Shown one piece after another: positions 55,202 through 64,000 of a stretch of 64,000 nt of DNA; the first letter of the stretch is position 1, and every line of letters begins with the position of its first letter. The notes under the pieces are model-generated. The model ran no database searches. It saw only the letters and a program-made list of their open reading frames with translations, and had not been told where the DNA came from. The DNA comes from Eledone cirrhosa. Taxonomy: Eukaryota. The stretch spans positions 184,140,001-184,204,000 of the forward strand of contig OZ024742.1 in NCBI GenBank assembly GCA_964016885.1, read 5' to 3'. Position numbers and translations under genes: made by a program.

Positions 55202-57270
55202 CTAGAAATGGAAAATTTATATAAATAAACAAAAAGAAAATTTGAGAAAATATCGAGACAATGTGTGCATATTGAAAAACTTAGGAAAATATACTTAGGA
55301 AAAAAGAGCAGAAAAAAATTAAAAAGTGTAAAACATTGAAATTAGGATTTAATTCTATAAACAATATTTTATTTCTGTAATACACTGAATCATTTTGTTG
55401 AAAAATTCAAATTATTAATTACATGAAATTAAAGTATTCTACTAAATTTAATTTACACACTAATGAAGGAGTTAGATATTTGTGAAGAAGAATCCAATAG
55501 TTGAATTCAGACTTACCCTACTAGAAAGAGGTGGAGGAGAAGGAGAAGTAGGAAGAAAAGAGAGGGAGGCAGTGGAAAAATAAAAATCCTTGATAGCATT
55601 GCAAAAAAGAAAGAAATTGCTATATCAATCACAAGAGAATATTTGTGCATCAGAACTACTTTTAGAAAATTCTGCCAGAGTAATGAATGCATTGAAATAG
55701 TCAAAAATTTGATGTATGAAAAAATAAAAATGTATAGTTAATATTGTATTGAAAACATACGCAATGTAAAAGAAAACGGTTTATGCTTTTATCATATTTC
55801 AATATTGTTGTCAGACTAGCTCCATTGTCTGATAGGTGGAAGACAGCAATCTGTTAAAGTACTGGACACTCTCCAATAGACAGCAGTGGGAACATCTGAC
55901 GACCTGGAGCCTTGAACCTACTTATTGCAATTGGGATAGAGATGGCCATCTGCAAGAACAAGCCCCACTAATTTGACTGGCTCTTCCAGCACATTGTTTT
56001 TCCTATCCTTCAGGGTAACACATTCGACATCCAACAAAACAAGATGCAAAAATCAACAATTGGGGTTATATTGATTTCTGTGAGCTTTTTCAAAATTATT
56101 CAAGCAAAAAATTCTTTGTATATAAATGTTTTTCATGTGAATATTTTTCTAAAGATACCAGTTTGTTACCATCTATCAATTTTTCTCAAAGGAGTTTTAA
56201 GGCCAAATATTGGTAAAAGTGTAAACTTTTACTTTTCTGTTTTTCACTCCTTGATATATCCAGGTTGCATTGTAATTGATTTCTAAAACATTTTAACTAT
56301 ATACCTGACAATGCTTCATTTACATTGTACTACTCTAACAAAATGTACACATGTTAGAATCTTCAAAAATATTGAGCATAATTAACTATGTCATAACTAG
56401 AATAGATATAAAAGCTTTGGAACATTAAATGAAATGCAAATATATATTCTAAAAACATTTTAAAATAATTTTTTATAAATAGAATATAAAAACAATGGTA
56501 CTTATTAATCAAGACTGTGTGGTTAGACAGCTAAAGTAGCCAAAGTCACTAGTTGTCAAATACATACATATATAGTCTAGTTGACAACTAGAGATTATAT
56601 TTGTGTATTTGACAAATATATATACACACAAAGACTAGTTGTCAAATATATATATAAAGTCTAATTGTCTAATACATACATATAAAGTCTGTCAAATACA
56701 TATAAAGTCTATTTGTCTATCTTTCTCCATACTAGTATCAGCAAAGCTGTCCTAATAACTACAGAACAGTTTTCTTTGTGACATACATGGGTATGTATCT
56801 TGCCTATCAGTTGAAATCATTTCAACTTGCCAGCTCAGTTGTGTATTTTCCCTTTAATAGACTGAAATATACTGTATTCCCCAGAGTCGAAGACACTGCT
56901 ATGCCATGAACACACTATTTGGGATTGATAAGTTTTGGATAGAAAAAAGGGGTTTAACATCATGACTAATAATCTTCAGACTCCAAGTTGCAGAATAAAT
57001 TTCCAAGACTTATTTTGGAAAATAATAAACAGTCTTCTATGCCATGAAATACAGTAATTTAGGCATACAAATTTATGAATTGAAAACAATATTTATTTTA
57101 AAGACATCTATAGCAAAGATTGTGAACTATTTATACCAAAACTTTCCTTTAATCCAATCTTTGAAATCAAAATTTAGACAGGCTGTTCATAAATAGAAGG
57201 AAAATTGTCATAATAGGCAGGTGATGGTACTACACAGATCTATTATCTATAATTCAAGGGTGAGCTCACT

Positions 57271-57431
57271 TTAACTCTTTCGTTACCATATTTTTAATGC
57301 CAATGATTTTGAATTAATTTTGAAAAAAAAAAATCAAGAATTTGAAGGGATTTAATAATATAAGCACTTTAAACAGTTTTGTATTATAGAATCAGGGGCA
57401 GTTTTAGGCAGTTTGGTATCAAAAGAGTTAA
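57271..57431. mobile_element. TTAA-flanked (piggyBac-type) MITE
   Basis: ttaa|ctctttcgttacca ... tggtatcaaaagag|ttaa. Relatives at 58243-58446, 58443-58660 and 33178-33408. Confidence 0.75.
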
Positions 57432-57661
57432 ATTCCAATGCCTTTAAAGTCAAATTTCACACTTCATCATCTTGTAAAAATAACACTATAATATAGCGAC
57501 ATGGCTTGTGCAGGGTTGCGAGATTGAACTACAACTAGTACATTATGGTAGCAGACATTTCAGAATTCCACAACTACTATGTATTTGTTGTTTTTTTTTT
57601 ACTACATTGAAATTTTAGTTTTTAAAAAGGTAAGACCGAATCTTATTGAATAACATTAAAT

Positions 57662-57842
57662 TGGTGGATTGGCAGTATTGGTAGAGGGTCTGACGCCATG
57701 ATTTGCAGCAAATCATTTGAGTTCAAATCCCGCCGAGGTTAACTTTGCCTTTCATCCTTACGGGGGGGGGGGGTCGATAAAATAAAGTACCAGTAATGCA
57801 CTGGGTAATTGCTGGCCTTGTGCCAAAAGTAGAAAATTAAAT
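57662..57842 (+). mobile_element. tRNA-SINE with expanded G-run
   Basis: Matches 29016-29206, with the G4 run expanded to G12. Confidence 0.9.
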
Positions 57843-60800
57843 TATCAACTACATAAATTAGAACAGGTAATTTATATTTAAATTTACTACCAGAAATATT
57901 TACAGCAACTTTCAAACAATCTATCTGCTACTTGCTAGAAATATTGCACTATTTTTTTAAAGAAATTGCTCTGGCAACCCTATGGTGATGAGTTCAATCT
58001 CAAGCTACTACCTCATTCTTGAGTTGATCTTGATAACAAAAGCAGAAATATTTCAATAAGCAACTGATGAATGAGATCTCAACAAGAAAAATGAATAAAA
58101 TGTAAAATGAAGTTTATGCAAATAGTTTTAAATTGTTTTGGTTTACAAATTCGAAAGTGATACCTTTTCACTAAAGTTAATGTAAAAAGATATACCAAAA
58201 ATAAAATACAGATATTGTTTACAAATACTAGATTTCAAATATTTAACCCACTTGCATCACTAATAAAAATAATTTTGAGTAATTTTGTAAAATTAAATAT
58301 TTTCATTAAGTTAGTGTTTGAAGAATAATATAAAAAAGATGTTCTCACATAAAATTGTGATATGGCTTTAAGTTAAATATAACTTTAAAATGACAGGTTT
58401 TGACTAAGAACCTGAAGCAGTCTTGGTTTGGTATCAAAAAGGTTAAACCTTTCATTTCCATATTTGTAAGGAAAGACACTGCCTATAATTTTTCAAATCA
58501 TTTTGAAAATGATCCAGAATATAATGCCCATTCTCATTAAACTTGAATCATAACTTAAGATTCTTACATAAAATTATGATGGCAAACTGCCTGAAACTGC
58601 CCCTGGTTTTGTACAATTAAACCAGAGACAATATCAGGCAGTTTGGTATCAAAAGGGTAAATATCCTATTTACTAAACTTCAAAAAAGTAAAAACTGAAT
58701 TTTAAAACATCTTTGTTTTAAGAAACAGTACAAAAATTTTTGCATCAAACTCCTTTTTTCTTTAGATTGAAAAATCAAGAACTAAAATAAATATAAAAAA
58801 ATAACCACTAAGAAGAGTGACAAAAGGAAGACAAATAGATGGTGCTTAATATACCCTTGTTACAATTGTTTTTGTTTTGTAGTGTTTTAACTATTTTATC
58901 TACAACCTTTAATTTAATGGATCATTAAAACAGGCATTTTAGATACTAAAAATTCAATCTAGGAATATAACTTCAGAGATTCTCAAGCTAAAGAGAAACT
59001 ACAATATGCTAAGTTCTTTCCTTTTGCTGACTTAAATTTCAGTTCCCATCACACACAAACTGAAACCACCGACATTATGTATATCCAAAATATTACAGAT
59101 CAGAAGTCCAATATCAGTCAAAATTTTATTTTCTAACCAGATTGAGATTTAAATTAATTATGAACCCACTTAATTATGCCGTCTTACCTTTTTTTTTTTT
59201 TTAGCTGTTTAGTCATGAAAGAACAGTATCTACAACCCTTTTCAGGGTCTTTAAGACTATTTAGAGGAAGGGAGGAAGGTATTCTCAAACTAGAGATCTG
59301 GCCTGAACAAAGAACTCTGCTAAAAGCTTCTAAAGGCCAAGTGGTGGTGTTAAACTGGGCAACAAGTTAAATTTACCACACAAATATTGTTTAATCAAAC
59401 ATTAAACCACACTAAGCAACTGAGATGTACTATTTCTATACAGATATGTATTTATTGTACAAGATTTAACTGTAGGCCAAATTAAGCAAGCAATCTGACT
59501 AGAGCATTGAATCAACTTGGATTTATCCTGAAACCATGTATATCCATCAGTTCACCAAGAAATACTTAACACATGTCTCAATAAGCCCACCAAATATGAT
59601 AGTCTCAGTGAACAGATTCTAATTTGCATTTTTTTAGTGCTTATGCTTACTTAATTAGATATTAAATAGTGCACTCAACAGCTAAGATATGATAAATCCA
59701 TATCTGACCATATTTTGCCAGCCTGCTTTGAAATTACTTCTGATAGGAGGCCTTGTGGGTGATTTTATGATAGGATCTCTATCATATGGATATACAATAT
59801 TTAATTGAAGGTTTTATTATTTGATTTAATACCAAACTGTAAGTTACAGTTTTGATAATTCAACATTAATTTCTTTGGCCACTTTCATTACATATTCATC
59901 TAGTATTGGCTAGATGATAAAATCAGTAAAGGGTTGCATAAAAATACCATACATTACCTCCCTTTAAGTTCTGAACTTCAATCCTGCTCCACTTAAGCTA
60001 GCTTTTCAAGTACTAAGGCCAATGCAAGCAACTAATATATACTACCAAATGATGCACAGTATAATGTTAAGTTTTTACAGTTGGATCTCATGTAGCAAAA
60101 TTTGAGACAATTATCTTCCAAATCCCATACAAATAAAATATAACATTCAAATGAATGTGCTTATGGAATATTCAAAAACTTGCACATTAATTTCAGTGTT
60201 CCACTTGTTTGGAACATCTTCAAAACCAACAAACCTATATCATTCCTCTCTTTGTTTTTGCTCATTGTCTTTCTCTTGCTTTTAAATATTTGTACTTAAT
60301 TGGCCTTTATTAGACTGTAGCTATACCTCAAAGGTCCTGCCTAGTCACACAACCACTTACATGTTAATTCACAAGCTGAATGTTCAGTTGAAACCTAAGG
60401 AGTATCCATCAATACATCATTTAACACCCATGTTCCCTGCTAGCAAGGGTAGAAGTTATAGACCGTGTTAATATTTAATCAGAGCTACCGACCTCCATCT
60501 CCCATTCCTGCACTCTACAGAGCTTACCCAGTGTATTTTAACATGGCACCAGCAATAGATAGGTCGTCATGTCTTTAAAAACAGCTGAAGAGTTCATACA
60601 ATCTTTTATTTGGCAGGTTTTCTACGGGTAAATACTCTTCCTATCATCAATTACTTTAGAGTGTACTAGATGTGTTGATTGTGTAGATCACCACTGGAAA
60701 GGTTATTGTACCCTTGACAACTGGAGAGTCCTCTCAAACTTTTTCCCATGCTAACTAAACTAATAAAATTTATATATTAGAAAAATATAAATTTTTACTA

Positions 60801-60989
60801 AAACATTGTAATCTTATCAATATTTATGTAATTCAGATGAAAAGTATTGAAATTTCATAACAAAAACATTTGTAACAAACCAATATTTATTAGAATGAAA
60901 GCAGATGAAATTAGCAGTGATACAATGAACAAAATTTTAAAAAAGAAGCTTTAGGCATAAGTGAATAAAGAAGCAAGCAAAACAATGAT

Positions 60990-61148
60990 TAGATATATAT
61001 TGATATATATATATATTGATAGATAGATATATATATATATATATATTGATAGATAGATATATATATATATATATATTGATAGATAGATATATATATATAT
61101 ATATATATATTGATAGATAGATATATATATATATATATATATATTGAT

Positions 61149-61188
<40 letters not shown>

Positions 61189-61516
61189 ATAGATATATAT
61201 ATATATATATATATATATTGATAGATATATATATATATATATATATATATTGATAGATATATATATATATATATATATATATTGATAGATAGATAGATAT
61301 ATATATATATATATTGATAGATATATATATATATATATATTGATAGATATATATATATATATATATATTGATAGATATATATATATATATATATATTGAT
61401 AGATATATATATATATATATATTGATAGATATATATATATATATATATTGATAGATATATATATATATATATATTGATAGATATATATATATATATATAT
61501 ATTGATAGATATATAT

Positions 61517-61551
<35 letters not shown>

Positions 61552-61578
61552 TAGATAGATATAGATATATATATATAA
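60990..61578. repeat. (TA)n-TTGATAGA compound minisatellite
   Basis: attgataga(ta)n units of ~28-32 bp. Confidence 0.95.
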
Positions 61579-61703
61579 CACCTCTCTATCTATATCATCA
61601 TACGTCCACTTTTCCCTGCTTGCAAGGGTGGGACTATATATATATTGATATAGATATATATATATATAGATATATCAAGATATATATATATATATAGATA
61701 TAT

Positions 61704-61753
<50 letters not shown>

Positions 61754-61985
61754 AGAGAGAGAGAGATTATATATATAGAGAGAGAGAGCGCGCGAGAGAT
61801 TATATATATATATATAGAGAGAGAGAGCGAGAGAGAGATTACATATTTATATATATAGAGATATATATATATATAAAAACTATAAACATTGGTATATATA
61901 AAGAGAAATTACAAATATACATTGATGTAGATAAATATATAGAGACTATATATATATATAATATATACATATATATATATATATA

Positions 61986-63206
61986 TTGGGTCATTAAGTA
62001 CGAAATACTTGATTTCCTTAAGCACTAAATTTGAGAGTCGCTATTGTTTTATTGTGCAGGTTCATCAGTTTTTCAAATGCACATTTTGGTTTGTGATTGT
62101 CATTTGAATTGTTTGTTTCAGATCAATTTTTGTGAACCCACTGATATGTAAAAAAATTTGTGTTGTTTTTATTAATGAGTTTTGTCGTGGAACCAATGCA
62201 TGACAGGCAACTCAAAACATCAACAAGGTATTTGGCAAGGAAGCAGCTCATAAACACACAATGTCGATGGTTTGAGAAATTCCGTTCTGGCAACTTTAAT
62301 CTTGAAAATAAGCCACATGGGAGACCTGTGACTAAGGTAGGTAATGAGCTAAAAACTGTAGTGGAAGCAGATACATCTCAAACTACGCATTAATTAGCAG
62401 CAAGGTTTAACGTTACTATTCCAATATTGGTCCATTTGAAACAAATCAACATGGTAAAAAAGCTGGACCAATGGGTTCCACATGAATTAAACAAGTGTCA
62501 AAAGAGAACACATCTCTAAGCATGCTGTTCTTTGCTATCACAACAAAGGTGAATCATGATTGCATCGTATTGTTAAATGTGATGAAAAATGGATTCTTTT
62601 CAACAATTACAAGCATTCAGCATGATGCCTGGATAAAGATGAAGTGCCAAAACACAGACCAAAACAGAATATTCACCTTAAAAAGCTGATGTCTGTTTGG
62701 TGGTCCAGCGCTGGCATCATTCACTACATCGTTATGAGACCTGGCCAATCGATTACAGTGAATGTATACTGCAACCAATTGGATGAAATGATGAGTGAGC
62801 ATGCAATTAAACAGCCAAGATTGGTCAATAGAGACAGGCCAATCCTCTTGCAAGACAACTTGACCACATGTTGCACAAACAATGCTGCTCAAACTACAGG
62901 AGCTGGTCTTAGAAACTGTCACCCACCATACACACCAGACCCTGCACCAACTGACTATCATGTCTTCCAGGCATTTGATCACTTCTTGCAAGGAAATACA
63001 TTCAATTCTCAAAAAGCTGTGAAAACAGCCTTTCACGATTTCATGGCCTCTTGTCCTCCAGGCTTCTTTGCTGCTGACATAAACAAGTTACCATTAAGAT
63101 GGCAAAAGTATGTTGACAGTTTAGACACTTTCATTAAATGCACTGCTTTTTTTTTAGATATAATAAACTAAACTTTGAATCTGCAATCAGAGATTTCATA
63201 CTTAAT

Positions 63207-63208
<2 letters not shown>
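61986..63208 (+). mobile_element. mariner transposon, near full length, pseudogenised
   Basis: TIR cores tcattaagtacgaaat / atttcatacttaatga in (TA)n. Motifs RWFEKFRSGNFNLE, WVPHEL, CDEKWI, LLQDN, HPPYTPDPAPTDYHVF. Confidence 0.93.
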
Positions 63209-63242
<34 letters not shown>

Positions 63243-64000
63243 TTGAGAGAGAGAGATTTTATATATATAGATACATAAGTAGATAGATACTTATTGGATA
63301 GATATCATTTAATAAATGTTTTCCTTGCTAGCAAGATTTGCATGATCTTCAGACAGACAGAATCAGTACTCAAGCAAGCAGGACAGTTGACCTCACAGAT
63401 TGGCCAAGAGTCCACATTTCACTTACATGCAGTCCCATGCTATACTAAGTGCATTTTATTATGCTACTAGAGAGGTTGTCATGTCTTTGACACAACTTAA
63501 GGATCCTCCAAACACTGTTTGACAAGTTTTCTATGGCTGGATGCTCTTCTTATCACCAACCATTTTACAGCATGTACCGAGTGTGTTTATTGTGTAGATC
63601 ACCAACACTAAGGAGATTGTTATGTCCTTGACACAACTGAAGGGTCTTCCCAAACATTTCAAGATAGGTAGGTGTGTAAGCATGTTGTTTAACGTCCATT
63701 TTCCACGCTAGCATGGGTTAGACTGGTTTTCCTCATTAGAAGCAAGTTGGGTCGAGTGACCGTGTCTTGCTCACACAGAACTGCTTCTGGCTAGATTTCT
63801 CCAGCTGAATGCCCTTCCTAATGCCAACCACATACAGTGTGTGTTGGGTGCTTTTTGTCATGACTCTTACATGGCCACTTTACAGTGTGGGCTGGATATA
63901 GACATATATAGATTTGTGGGAAAAGCAAATTTGATCAAATCAAACCAAGTACTTGATTGGTATTTTATATTGTTTAGATATACAAGTGTGTGTATATGTG

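Noticed and set aside
60937-61581. 214-aa minus-strand ORF
   Set aside because: Translation of a TA/GATA minisatellite.

Overview
AT-rich, microsatellite-dense animal genomic DNA. The SINE/RTE/Dong repeat landscape resembles an Octopus-type cephalopod (inference from recall, no search run). Almost everything is transposon-derived or simple repeat. The only well-supported host coding sequence is the last two exons of an unidentified minus-strand gene (55021-55201 and 53905-53936); the ORF track misses the first and covers the second only inside an intron-extended ORF. The most notable structure is a community of elements living inside (TACA)n/(TATG)n microsatellites (about 4.0-7.8 kb, 11.9-21.1 kb and 35.7-36.4 kb). 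Two distinct Dong/R4-clade RLE retrotransposon families end at ...AA|CATACATA wherever their 3' end is preserved. A non-coding ~610-bp retroposon (4 copies plus a diverged sister) occupies the same repeat and always lies antiparallel to them. Dong junctions show fold-back, template-jump and TACA-microhomology signatures. Also present: a minimal hammerhead ribozyme motif in a Penelope/retrozyme-like segment, a terminally redundant 551-bp-period element, hATm, hAT, Tc2-like, TTAA-flanked and mariner DNA transposons, near-full-length RTE and CR1 LINEs, a CRE-clade remnant, many tRNA-SINEs and a ~4.2-kb interrupted (TA)n array. Most ORFs in the supplied track are translations of simple repeats.
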